In this document: piece after piece, positions 1-12,357 of the stretch
Layout: the number at the start of each line of letters is the position of its first letter
Position numbering within the stretch: the stretch's first letter is position 1
Assembly (NCBI RefSeq): GCF_006345805.1
Contig: NC_043003.1
Span: 48,422,001 to 48,486,000, forward strand
DNA length: 64,000 nt
From: Octopus sinensis
Taxonomy: Eukaryota
Reading direction: 5' to 3'
The notes under the pieces: model-generated
Told to the model about the DNA's origin: nothing
Databases searched by the model: none
The model's input: only the letters and a program-made list of their open reading frames with translations
Position numbers and translations under genes: made by a program

Positions 1-337
1 TGAAAAAGCAGAATTTTGAGGAATTTCAGTTCAAATTTGTCTATTTATCACCATTTGCTGAGCATGGCTATGAACACAACTGTTTTAGAATTTTAATGAA
101 CTTGTTTGCATTAAATTAGTTGTTTCTAATGTAATATTTCTTGAAACAGAATATTTGCACACCATGATCATGTTGTTAAGAAGCTCACTTTGCAACCACA
201 TACTTCTGGGTCCAGTCTTGCAACAGCTTAGTCCCGTTGTTATCCAAAATGCAAAAGAAACAAAAGTAACATCTACATGAACTGTTAGAAAGACATATTA
301 TGATAATAATAGTTTAACATTCTGATACAAAGCCTGC

Positions 338-500
338 AATTCTAGGGGAAGGGGGCTTATCAATTACTGATCTCAGTACTCAACAGGTACTTATTTTAAT
401 GACCCTGAATGGATAACAGTCAAAGTTGACCTTGGCAAAACTTTAGCATAGAATGTTAAGAACCAGAAGAAATGCTGCTGGCATTTTATCAGACATGCTA
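338..500 (-). mobile_element. SINE, family B (Deu/Nin-domain-like), degenerate
   Basis: Diverged reverse-complement match to the near-consensus copy at 30290-30468 (cagtact..ggtacttatttta..gacc..gaa.ggat...gtcaaagttgacc). Confidence 0.6.
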
Positions 501-678
501 ATGATTCTCTCATGTTGATGTCTTAATGATGAGGAAAAAAGGAATGAGGTTCAGTAATTAGGTGATACTATTTTATAGCATGTCAAGTAACAAGAGACGT
601 TTATGTGAATAATCACTGTATGTGTGTTTGAAAATATAATAAAAGCAATGTAATGTGCAAACTGACTCTCCCAGTTTC

Positions 679-1310
679 CATTTAAAGCAAAAACAACTGT
701 TCTTAATGTTTGTTAATGCATATTAGTTGCCAAAATTTAGAATAAAGAGGCAGAACCAATTAACCAGAGATTAAGAAGTGTTATTTTGCAGAAATAGTGT
801 TCCAGAAACATTAGTGCCTGACAATGCCAGAAAATTTCATGATAATGATTTGTGAATATGGCTTCATCATCGTTTTAATGTCCGTTCTCCATGCTAGCAT
901 GGGTTGGACGGTTCGACCGGGGATCTGGGAAGCCAGAAGGCTGCACCAGGCTCCAGTCTTATCTGGCAATGTTTCTACAGCTGGATACCTTTCCTAACGC
1001 CAACCACTCCATGAGTGTAGTGGGTGCTTTTTACGTGCCACCTGCACAGGTGCCAGGCGAGGCTGTCAACGGCCATGGTCAGATTGGTGTATTTTATGTG
1101 CCACCGGCACGGAAGCCAGTCGAGGCTGTGCTGGCATCGGCCACGAGTCGGATAGTGCTTTTTACGTACCACCAGACCAGGGATCCTGGCTGGTTCAATT
1201 CGATTTCGATAATAAATGTAAACCCATATAAACACCCCCATATTATCCAGAAGTAATTGGGACTCCTGAAAAAATAGTAACAAGTGTTAAAATAGGCTTC
1301 AAAGCTTACT
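679..1310 (+). pseudogene. Degenerate Ty3/Gypsy-type integrase core fragment, interrupted by an RTE 3'-tail insertion
   Basis: Hand translation gives HLKQKQLFLMFVNAY*LPK...LFCRNSVPETLVPDNA (~679-830). After the insert it gives KCKPI*TPPYYPEVIGTPEKIVTSVKIGFKA (~1213-1305). These resemble rve motifs (VDAYSKW; GIPETLVSDNG; TPPYHPQSNG.AER.V.T.K). Contains stops. Confidence 0.55.
865..1209 (-). mobile_element. 5'-truncated RTE-LINE 3' UTR/tail copy ((GAT)n-tail family)
   Basis: Reverse complement of the 3' end of the LINE at 11740-12357 (ggttggcgttaggaagg..ccagctgtagaaac...ccaacccatgctagcatgg...gatgatg). Confidence 0.8.
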
Positions 1311-1659
1311 TAGTAAGTAAAGGTATTATTAGTGCCTTTTTGAGTCACTAGATAATCCTGCTTTCTAAGGACTTTTAGTTTATTATCTTTGATGGATCCA
1401 AGTAACAATGTCTTATAAAACTGAAGCTACAGTTTAGTATTGAGGTAGAAGAAATGATGAATTACAAGCTAAATTTATTTCTCAAGGAGGCAATAGTGCT
1501 GCTGTGATTCTTAAAGAGTGAACAGGTAATGTCGATTAGCTTGTGTTGCTCAAATAAAGAATGACACAAATATTGACAGTAAACAAAATGTAAAGCCAGT
1601 CCCTCTAACTTTGAATGATATTCATTCAAGGCTCCATTCATAAAGATTGCGATATTCTT

Positions 1660-2061
1660 TTATTCTTTTACTTGTTTCAGTCATTTGACTACGGCCCTGC
1701 TGGAGCACCGCCTCACTTTTAGTTGAAGAAATCAACCCCAGGACTTATTCTTTGTAAGCCTAGTACTTATTCTATCAGTCTTTTTTGCTGAACCACTAAG
1801 TTACAGTGACCTAAACACACCAGCATTGGTTGTCAAGCGATGGTAGGGGGACAAATACAGACACACACATACACACAAATATATACATACATATAGATAT
1901 AAAATGGGCTTCTTCCTGTTTCTATTTACCAAACATACTCACAAGGCTTTGGTTAGCCTGAGGCTATAGTAGAAGACACTTGCCCAAGGTGTCTCACAGT
2001 GGGACTAAACCCAGAACCATGTGGTTGGGAGGCAAGCTTACCACACAACCATGCCTGCGCC
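1660..2061 (-). mobile_element. SINE, family A (octopus tRNA-derived SINE with internal TA/TG microsatellite)
   Basis: Reverse complement of the copy at 53510-53910: tRNA-like head ggcgcaggcatgg.tgtggtaag...gggtt.agtccc, tail gactgaaacaagtaaaaga. Confidence 0.85.
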
Positions 2062-2448
2062 TACAGAAACTGATGTAAATATTATGGGTAGACTGTCATT
2101 TAAACTTGGTGGGACTCTATGACATGCACCAAATAAACCAACAAGCAGAAAGAAGTTATTTTTTACAGATTTTATTTTTTGGTCACAATTTGTTTTGCTA
2201 GAAACAATGTACAAAAGCTGTAGTTAGTAGTTGGCTATTTTATAGTAGTAAGAGAATGGCTACAATAACAACAACAGCAGCCATGTACCTTTGACTAAAT
2301 CCCATGTAGAAAAGAGAAAGGTTTTTTAGAAAGAGAAAGACATGTTTATTTGCCTAAGTGCCAGACAAATGAGAGAGAAATGTTCCTCCAGCAAAGTATG
2401 AGATGAAAGAGAGAGATGTACCTTTGGCAAAGGTGCTGAGAGAGAGAG

Positions 2449-3440
<992 letters not shown>

Positions 3441-3636
3441 ATAGTAGTAAGAGAATGGCTACAATAACAACAACAGCAGCCATGTACCTTTGACTAAATC
3501 CCATGTAGAAAAGAGAAAGGTTTTTTAGAAAGAGAAAGACATGTTTATTTGCCTAAGTGCCAGACAAATGAGAGAGAAATGTTCCTCCAGCAAAGTATGA
3601 GATGAAAGAGAGAGATGTACCTTTGGCAAAGGTGCT

Positions 3637-3716
<80 letters not shown>

Positions 3717-3719
<3 letters not shown>

Positions 3720-4608
3720 TCTTTATTCACCATAAGGTTGAGAAAAAGAGGGGACAAAACAAACGTTGGGGTCAGGGTATCGAATGAGACGAAACATGAA
3801 TAAACAAACAATTAATATATATATATACAATTAAATGAGAATGAGTGATTAACAAAAAATGAAGCGGAGGACGCGGTCGACCCCACAAACCACATACTCA
3901 CACTGAAGACTTTGCTTTATCCTTTTTTACATTCTCGATTAAATAGGTTCTTTCACTCGCAACATACTTGCTATAGACTTCCATCTTTTATGAAACACAC
4001 TTTGCGACAGGCATTTCTTCTCCAGCCTTATTTTCCGTTTCATGTGGAAAACGAAAAAGTCGATTAGCTCGAGACTGGAGATAAACATGCCTGTTGCAAT
4101 TCCTTTTACTCTCGTCTTCCACACTAGTTCTTTCGCCATAGCAACTACCGAAAGAAAACAGGCTCGCTCCTCCCTATTCAGAAGGTCGGCGGAACTATCT
4201 TAATTACAGATTCGCTCGACAGTTGTACTCTTCTCGAATGCGACAGCAGGTGTTCGACATAAGTCCAGAGTTCAGTCACCTTGGGGCATTGCACAATCGC
4301 GTGCAGGACAGTTTCACTGTCCCTCTTACATCTTGCACAAACCGGCGAAGGTGCACACCCATGTCTAAAGAGCTTATCTCGAACCGGTAAAGCTCCTCTG
4401 TAACATTGCCAGGCCAGGGACTTTTGGTAATTATCCATAGGCCCCGGACCGAATGTTCTTTGGAACAGGCTGGCCAGTTGATTTTCGTCGAAGCCCAGAG
4501 TTTCTCCTAGGACGTCGTCACACTTAAACTCTACTACCCTCTATAGAAGAACGCGGTAGTAGCCCCGCCACCGGCGTTGCCCGACTGGGAGAGAAGCACG
4601 AGTGCCTG
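3717..4608 (-). mobile_element. Tx1-clade-like fragment, copy 2 (two 1-nt deletions frameshift the ORF)
   Basis: Same sequence and same 5' truncation point as copy 1. Differences: tattcagaagg vs tattcaggaagg, and ctactaccct vs ctactaaccct. The ORF splits into 4178-4438 and 3939-4139. Confidence 0.85.
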
Positions 4609-4804
4609 ATAGTAGTAAGAGAATGGCTACAATAACAACAACAGCAGCCATGTACCTTTGACTAAATCCCATGTAGAAAAGAGAAAGGTTTTTTAGAAAG
4701 AGAAAGACATGTTTATTTGCCTAAGTGCCAGACAAATGAGAGAGAAATGTTCCTCCAGCAAAGTATGAGATGAAAGAGAGAGATGTACCTTTGGCAAAGG
4801 TGCT

Positions 4805-4869
<65 letters not shown>

Positions 4870-5202
4870 TTGCTCCTTTGGCAAGGGAACTGAATGAAAG
4901 AGGAAGAATCCTATGTTGTGTTCTCTGTTTATACATGTCAAAAATTAGATGTAGGTCTGAGAACAATTGAAAGCAAATGAGTTTATCTCTACTGAACTGA
5001 ATTTAACCTAAGATTTTCGGGGAAACAATAAGAATAATTTAAGTATGACAGTTCTCCTTCATAAATTTCTAAGTACTAACGCCAAGAACAATAGAATAGA
5101 GTTTACAGAGAAATCTAGACTAGGGCCCGTTTCCAGGAAACGATTCGCTTCAAAGACATTACAAACGGTGTCAGGATGCCATTGATATGCTAATGTTATA
5201 GT

Positions 5203-5540
5203 GTTGCACGCTTCGATTCCCAGACCGGGCGTTGTGAGTGTTTATTGAGCGAAAACACCTAAAAGCACCACGAGGCTCCGACAGGGGATGGTGGTGATCC
5301 CTGCTGTACTCTTTCACCACAACTTTCTCTCACTCTTACTTCCTGTTTCTGTTGTACCTGTATTTCAAGGGGCCGGCCTTGTCACTCTCTGTGTCACGCT
5401 GAATATCCCCGAGAACTACGTTAAGGGTGCACGTGTCTGTGGAGTGCTCAGCCACTTACACGTTAATTTCACGAGCAGGCTGTTCCGTTGATTCGGATCA
5501 ACCGGAACCCTCATCGTCGTAACCGACGGAGTGCTTCCAG
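5203..5540 (+). mobile_element. SINE, family C
   Basis: tRNA-like B-box (cttcgattccc). The 3' half (caagggcc.gccttgtcac...gagaactacgttaagggt..cgtgtctgtggagtgctcagccac...gtaaccgacggagtgc) is shared with reverse copies at 32310-32625, 48648-48970 and 51365-51610. Confidence 0.8.
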
Positions 5541-5825
5541 TGTTGCATGCATTTTATATACTATTTAAGGTAGCTCACTAGTTCAATGTATTTAGTTGAA
5601 TAAACCTTCTGAGCGCGAAGCTTTACAACTTGAAATGAATTTAGTATGACATGACACTAAATAATGATTAACAATTTCAGATTTCTTGAAATTTCTCCAA
5701 AATTTGAATAACCTAAAAGTTATTCAAATTTTCACTATATTATTAAAAAAATGTAATGACGAATATTATGTTGATTTTCTTTTTCCAGAAATTAATAATA
5801 AAGAAGTTACAAGCATTTAAAATTA

Positions 5826-6290
5826 CGTATTTTAGCTAATCGGAAGCGTCCATTGCCGGACGCAGCAGAAATTGAAACATTTTGTCTCCATGGAAACAGT
5901 ACACACAACGAAGGCGAAACCATGACATGGTTTTTCGACCTTCTAGAAGTGACAACCAAATATTTTTTAAACTACACCTTAACGTCTAAAAAAATGGTCG
6001 TAGTATTGTGCCACAGCACCATTTATTTCATCGCTTGTGCTTCCAAGTATCATTAATAACATTTGAATCAAAGTCAATCTCCACGAATATTATCTTTTAT
6101 CCAAATCACGATCCTCGAAACATTTGCCGAACACCACAGATCGATATTAAATGTACTTTCATTTTTTCTTATGATGAAATTCGAAACGAAGTTTTCAAAA
6201 ATGCGGCAAAACTGCGAAAGTTAAGACAAGGGAAATAAGAAAGTCAGCTAGATGTTTATTTGAGAGTTACCTACTCTTTGTTGTTTTATT
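5826..6290. promoter_or_regulatory. Putative NTHL1 promoter/5' region; locally CpG-retaining, with an RFX X-box-like site at 5884-5897
   Basis: CG dinucleotides are visibly denser than in the flanks. GTCTCCATGGAAAC matches the X-box consensus GTHNYY-AT-RRNAAC. An ETS-like CGGAAG lies near 5841. Confidence 0.4.
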
Positions 6291-6291
6291 T

Positions 6292-7494
6292 ATGTCTCTG
6301 AATGTCGTAAACATTTCGTGGTATATTTCCGTAACGCGTTTGAATAGTTATTTACACCTACTAAAAATGCTTCCTGCTTCGGAAAATCATCAGGTTCATA
6401 ACGGAAATCGACGCCATACACGATCCCTGTGTAGAAAGTCTGACAATTCTAATTTAGAATTCGAGAGTAAAATGTCACCACGTGTTGCTAGTTATGTAAG
6501 TGACATCAAAACAGAAGACACCCAGTATACAAAACTCCTTGAAAATAGTAAAGAAGCAGTTGGAAGAAATAAAACTTACAGAAGCGACACAGCTAGTCAA
6601 CAAGGACTTTCTGACAAAAATACTACCCGAGTTAGAAAGCAAAGATCGAAAATAACGATTAAATACGAAAAGAATGATGGGTTTGAAAATAACAATACAG
6701 ATGTTGAAACCGTATCGCCGTATTTTGCAACGAAAAAACACGAGCAAACTGATCTGGAACGGGAAAATAAACGGAGCAAATGGGAACCCGAAGGATGGTT
6801 ATTAGTTCTGAATAACATTCGAGAGATGCGTAAGCATCAAGACGCCCCAGTAGATAGTATGGGTTGCGATACGATATCAGATCGTACTTCAGCACCTGAA
6901 ATATTCCGATACCAGGTCCTGTTATCACTGATGCTGTCCAGTCAAACTAAAGACGAGGTCACTTCAGCAGCAATGATGCGACTGAGAGAACATGGATGCA
7001 ACATCGACAACATTTTGGAAACTACGGATGAAAAACTGGGCAAACTTATTTACCCTGTTGGCTTTTGGAAGAGGAAGGTCGAGTATATCAAGAAAACAAC
7101 ACGCATTCTGAAAGAGAAATATCATGGCGATATTCCTCCCTCTCTCGAAGGTTTGCTTCAGTTACCCGGTATTGGTCCCAAAATGGCTCACCTGATTATG
7201 AAATGCGCGTGGGACAAACTAACAGGAATTGGTGTGGACACGCATGTTCACCGCATTTCTAACAGACTTGGATGGGTTCCTACACCAACAAAAGAACCTG
7301 AAAAAACTCGCAAATTTCTTGAAGACTGGCTGCCTCGCGAATATTGGAATGAAGTGAACCATTTGTTGGTCGGGTTTGGCCAACAGCTCTGCAGACCCAT
7401 CAACCCAGCTTGTGTTACGTGTCTTAACAAGGAACTCTGTCCAACTGGTCGCAAGAACGTGAAAACTATGAAGATAACGAAGAAAAAAAAATGA
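6292..7494 (+). CDS. NTHL1: Endonuclease III-like protein 1 (bifunctional DNA glycosylase/AP lyase), single exon; start at 6292 or at the in-frame ATG at 6367
   Basis: Uninterrupted 400-aa ORF with MRKHQDAPVDSMGC, LMLSSQTKDEVT, the HhH motif LLQLPGIGPKMAHL (catalytic Lys), GIGVDTHVHRISNRLGW (catalytic Asp) and the 4Fe-4S motif C-RPINPA-C-VT-C-LNKEL-C. Basic C-terminus KITKKKK. AATAAA at 7966-7971. Confidence 0.97.
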   Translation: MSLNVVNISWYISVTRLNSYLHLLKMLPASENHQVHNGNRRHTRSLCRKSDNSNLEFESKMSPRVASYVSDIKTEDTQYTKLLENSKEAVGRNKTYRSDTASQQGLSDKNTTRVRKQRSKITIKYEKNDGFENNNTDVETVSPYFATKKHEQTDLERENKRSKWEPEGWLLVLNNIREMRKHQDAPVDSMGCDTISDRTSAPEIFRYQVLLSLMLSSQTKDEVTSAAMMRLREHGCNIDNILETTDEKLGKLIYPVGFWKRKVEYIKKTTRILKEKYHGDIPPSLEGLLQLPGIGPKMAHLIMKCAWDKLTGIGVDTHVHRISNRLGWVPTPTKEPEKTRKFLEDWLPREYWNEVNHLLVGFGQQLCRPINPACVTCLNKELCPTGRKNVKTMKITKKKK

Positions 7495-9719
7495 GTAATA
7501 ACTGTGTTTTGGCATAGTGATATTTTCATTGTAGGAATTCAAACAATATTAACGAATTAATGTATACATATTAATATAAAAGCCATTCAAACAACAGTCT
7601 TATACTGAGCAAAAACTAAATCAACATGCTTGTCTGATGTTATGCATACTTTAGTTTGTCAATTGATTTATCACAATTAAAACGCCGTTGTATTCTGATT
7701 TATAGTAAAATGTTCATCAGTTAGGTTTTTTTCTCATCGCTTTATCAAAATATCCAAGTATAGAATTTTATTTCTATTTTGCACGGTCTCGTTTCATCGA
7801 CCAAATGAAAAATAGATATAAATGCCAGGGTATTGTGAAAGAATACCTAATTTGAACGTTACGGGTAATGTTTAGTATTTCAAGACACCAGAAGATTAAA
7901 AAAATGCTATTGTTCTAATTACAATGGAAAATCATTTATACTTTCATAAAAATGAACCATCATTTAATAAAGTGCCTTCCAGTCTCTCTCCTGCTCTCTC
8001 ACACATTCTGGCTCTTATGTGCTGTCATACACATCTATATTGAGCTAATTCTATTTAGATGTATATGTTATAACATAATTTTGTACATATAATCACATTA
8101 CATATGTGTATAGCAGAATATACCCATATTTTGTGTAGAATACAAAACTTATTTTATTTCTCATAGTATCCAGTTAAAAGAATATCAATAGACTTGCATA
8201 TGTGCAAAATGAAAAGTAAATTAGTTGATCGTGGGTAAGCAGCTCATAAATACAAGTTTAAATTTATTGCAGGAATTTCATTGTATATTTGGGCAGAACA
8301 CTTAAATTGGCATATTTTAATACAGGAGCAGATTGCATATCCTAGGAAAATATTACTAATGATAATTAATATTGTTATACTTGCTTAGCTTCAGGTAAAC
8401 ACGTACAGCAATGTTAAATATCATTGGCAAGGATAGTCCCACTATGAGCATGAGATTCAGTTCATCTCAAACTACATTAATATGTCATAGAAAAGCTAAT
8501 ATGCTACTGGAACAGTCCAAGGACGGATTGATGTGTAGAACAGAAATGATTCTGTATGTTTTGTAAAGAAGCAGAAAGTCCTGAGAGAGAGAGAAAGTGT
8601 GTGTACAAGTGTGTGAGACTTGTATTAATATTACTGCATGATAACCACTAACATTGCCATCTTTGTATTCATTTAATTTCATCAAATAAATTGATTTTAT
8701 TTTATTGTCATGGCCATCAATTTATGTGACCTTCATCTTCAAATAAATTGTTTACTTCCCATCATAGTGAAAGTTAATAAGGAAATAAAATATTTTTTAT
8801 GTAAAATTTAGTAAAGACTTTATATTCTTATTTTTATTGTATTTTTACTGTGTGGAAAAGATTGTTTATTTATTGGAGCCATTGTTATTTTACAGCTTGT
8901 TGCCCTTCCATGCTGCTAGGCACTCAACCAAGAAGTAGGTATGGAAGCTTTATGGTTAGCCAGTTAATAAGAGGAGTTGTTGGTTAACCCTATGTCATCT
9001 CTACATAATCAAAGATACCAAGAATGCTAATGTCCAATTCTATCTTCTTCATGTTATTCTTTCACACCGGCAACCAAAATCCAATCGTTCAGTTATGTTA
9101 CTCTAAATCCCCAAAATTCCATCTCATGTTTTGTCTTCAACCAGCCTAACTCAGGTTTCTCTTTCTCTCTCATTTCCATTAACCACTTACTTCTCCCAAC
9201 ATTGTATTACCTATGCCCCTCCTCCCTATAGAAACTAGTTCCATTGAGATTTCCCAACCTCAGATTTTAATATCTTGCCACACAAAGTAGAAGTCAGAGA
9301 AGATGTTCAGATAAGTGACTTTGCTTCCAACCTAGCACTCATCTAAAAACCTCTTTTTACTGTGCAAATTATAACTACTTTATTATTTCATTATCTATCT
9401 ATGTACCCCGTTTTGTCTTCCATGCCTTATGTTAGAGAAAACTTAAGATCCCTACATTCAATCCAATTCTCTCTCTTTCTCCCTTTTCCCTCTCTTTCAT
9501 GCTCATTTATTATTGTTATTCACTCCTTGTTCAACTGTTGGTTATAGCTCTAGTTAAGAATGCAAATGTCCAATTCTATCTCATTATTATTGTTGTTATT
9601 CTTTCACACCGGTAGCCAGAGTGTTTGCTGTTTCATGGTGCAAATCCACCACCTTATACCGTCCACCCATCCCGCCCCCACCACCTATACTGCCTGCCCC
9701 TATGGTCTTATGGCCTGTA

Positions 9720-12357
9720 ATACTAACTTCAGGAAACATGACAGTCACCTGTTTACCTACCAGTCTGGTGGACACATTAGTCTGATTGACTACATTCTTG
9801 CCAGGAAACGGGAAAGATGGCTATTTATAGATGCCAAAACCTTCCCCGGTGAAGAATGCAGTAGTTAGTGACTTCAGGGTCAGCGCTTAATGGATGCCCA
9901 TAAGATGACCAGCATGGAAAAGAAGGGCCTGGAAGCTTAAGGATCCTGAGAATGGACAATATTTAAGAGACATATTACTCAAAGTTTTTGACAAAAAAGA
10001 AGGGGATATAGCATCACGTAATGTAGAAGACAACAGGAGGTTCCTACAGGACAACCTGTTGAGGGCTGCTGTTGATGGTGCAAAGTCCCCTCTTGACCTA
10101 AGTTAACATGGTGGTGGAACAATGTAGTTGACAGGGCTATTAGGGAAAAGAAACAGGCATGGAAAGAGTGGAAGAACAGTGGTAGCAGGGAAATGTATCA
10201 GATCACCAGAAGGGTAGCTAGATGACAGGTAAAAATTTGCCAATGTTCTGTGTCATGAGGACCAAAGACTTGAAGTGTTTCGTATTGCAAAACTGTGCGA
10301 GAGAGAATTGTGATATCACAGGAGAGAAATGAGTCCACATGGATGATGGCTCACTTGCATTTAATGCAGCTGCAAAGAGAGAGATCTGGAGATGCCACTA
10401 TGAAAGGTTGCTAAATGAAGAGAGTGAATGGGAGAAAGAGAGTTTGCCAAATGTCAACCCAAGAGGGGGACCAGCTGTCTGAATTGACAGTAGCTTGGTA
10501 GATAAAGCAATTAAGGGTATGAAATCAGGGAAAGCTCCCAGCCTATCAGGAATCACCACAGAGATGCTTAAAATATCTGGTGGTGTAGGCTATAATCTTG
10601 TCACCTGTATAGTCAATCAAGTGATACATGAAGGAGTCATACCCAGTGACTGGTGTAGCAACACCATAGTCAACTGCTACAAAGGTAAAGGTGACACATT
10701 AGATAAAATTAATTACAGAGGTATCAGATTATTGGATCAGGTGATGAAACTCAGAGAGAGGGTGACAGCCCAACTGATTAGGGAGAGAGTTAGTTTAGAC
10801 GAGATGCAGTTAGGGTTTGTGCCAGGGAGAAGCACCACTGATGCTATATATCTGTTAGGAGAGCTGCAAGAGAAATACCTAGCCAAAGATTAACCTCTGT
10901 ACTTAGCTTTCATTGACATGGAGAAAGCCTTTGACAGGATCCCCCGATCCCTTATCTGGTGGTCAATGCAGAAACTAGGGATAGATAAGTGGTTAGTGAG
11001 AGCTGTACAAGCCATGTACAGGGAGGCTGTCAGTAAGCTGAGGGTTGGCAATGAGTAAAGTGAAGAATTCCGGGTAGGGTAGAGGGTCCACCAAGGATCA
11101 GTCCTCAGCCCCTCTTATTCATCATAGTTCTCCAGGCAGTAACAGAAGGATTCAAGACAAGATGCCCCTGGGAGCTCCTCTATGCAGATGACTTTGCTCT
11201 AATAGCTGAGTCACTATCAGAACTAGAGAAGTTTCAAGTGTGGAAGCAAGGTCTAGAATTGAAGGGCCTTAGAGTCAATCTAGCAAAAACCAAAGTCTCA
11301 ATAAGTAGGAAGGCAGACAAACCACAAATCCCTTCAGGTAGATGGCCCTGCTTGATCTGTAGAAAAGGCAAAGGTAGAAACTCCATAAGATGTACCCAGT
11401 GTAAGCTATAGACACATAAGAGGTGCAGCAATATCAAAGGAAGGCTAACTGGGAAGGTAGATTTTGTGTGTGGCAGATGCACAAGGGCAATAAACACTGA
11501 AAATGTGCAGAAAGCAGCTTCCATCACTTGCCAGGGAGAAAAACTAGAAGTCATTGATAGCTTCACTCACCTAGGTGACCAAGTCAGTAGTGGTGGTGGA
11601 TACTCTGAGTGTATAACTGCTAGAATATGAATAGCCTGGACAGAGTTCAGAAAGCTCCTACCTCTGCTGCTAACAAAGGGCATGTATATATGAACTGCCA
11701 TGCTACACGACAGTGAGACAATGGACTGTAACTGATATGCTGTACTTGAGAAGACCCGGCAAGCCAATTTAGACCATAACTGTAGCCTATGTCAGTGTCA
11801 CATAACTGGCCCATTTGAGAGATCCCTTCAATCATTGAGCAATATACTGTGCTTGAGAAGACCTGTTGAGTCAAGTGAAATCGTTGTCGTGTCTGATGCC
11901 AGTACTGCTTGACTGGCATGTAAAAAGCACCATTTGAGTGTGGTTGAGGTCAGTACTGCCTGACTGGTCCTGTGCCGGTGGCACATAGAAAGCACCATAC
12001 GAGTGTGGTCGATGCCAGTGCCACCTGACTAGTTCCATACCGGTGGCACGTAGAAAGCACCATTCTAGCATGATCATTGCTAGTGCTGCCTGACTGGCTC
12101 CTGTGCTGGTGGCACTTAGAAAGCATCATTCAAGCATGTTTGATGCTAATACCACCCGACTGTCCCTCATACCAGTGGCACATAAAAAGCACCCACTACA
12201 TTCTCCGAGTGGTTGGTATTAGGAAAGGCATGCAGCTATAGAAACCTTGCCAGATCAGATTGGAGCCTCGTGCAGCCTTCTGACTTGCCAGTCTTCAGTC
12301 AAACCATCCAACCCATGCAAGTATGGAAAGTAGACATTAAACGATGATGATGATGAC
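9720..12357 (+). mobile_element. Degenerate RTE-clade LINE (APE C-terminus, RT with internal PHD-like finger, 3' UTR with internal repeats, (GAT)n tail)
   Basis: Motifs in order: TYQSGGHISLIDYIL (APE); KSGKAPSLSGITTEMLK; YKGKGD..NYRGIRLL; QLGFVPGRSTTDAI; AFIDMEKAFDRIP; HQGSVLSP; LLYADD; NLAKTK; SFTHLG. Many stops and frameshifts. The 3' UTR at 11740-12357 ends gatgatgatgatgac. Confidence 0.9.

Noticed and set aside
891-1283. ORFs 891-1256 and 975-1283, and similar ORFs at 17899, 36771, 39450, 39661 and 56150-56697
   Set aside because: They are chance open frames in the GC-richer RTE 3'-UTR repeat and are not conserved as one frame across copies.
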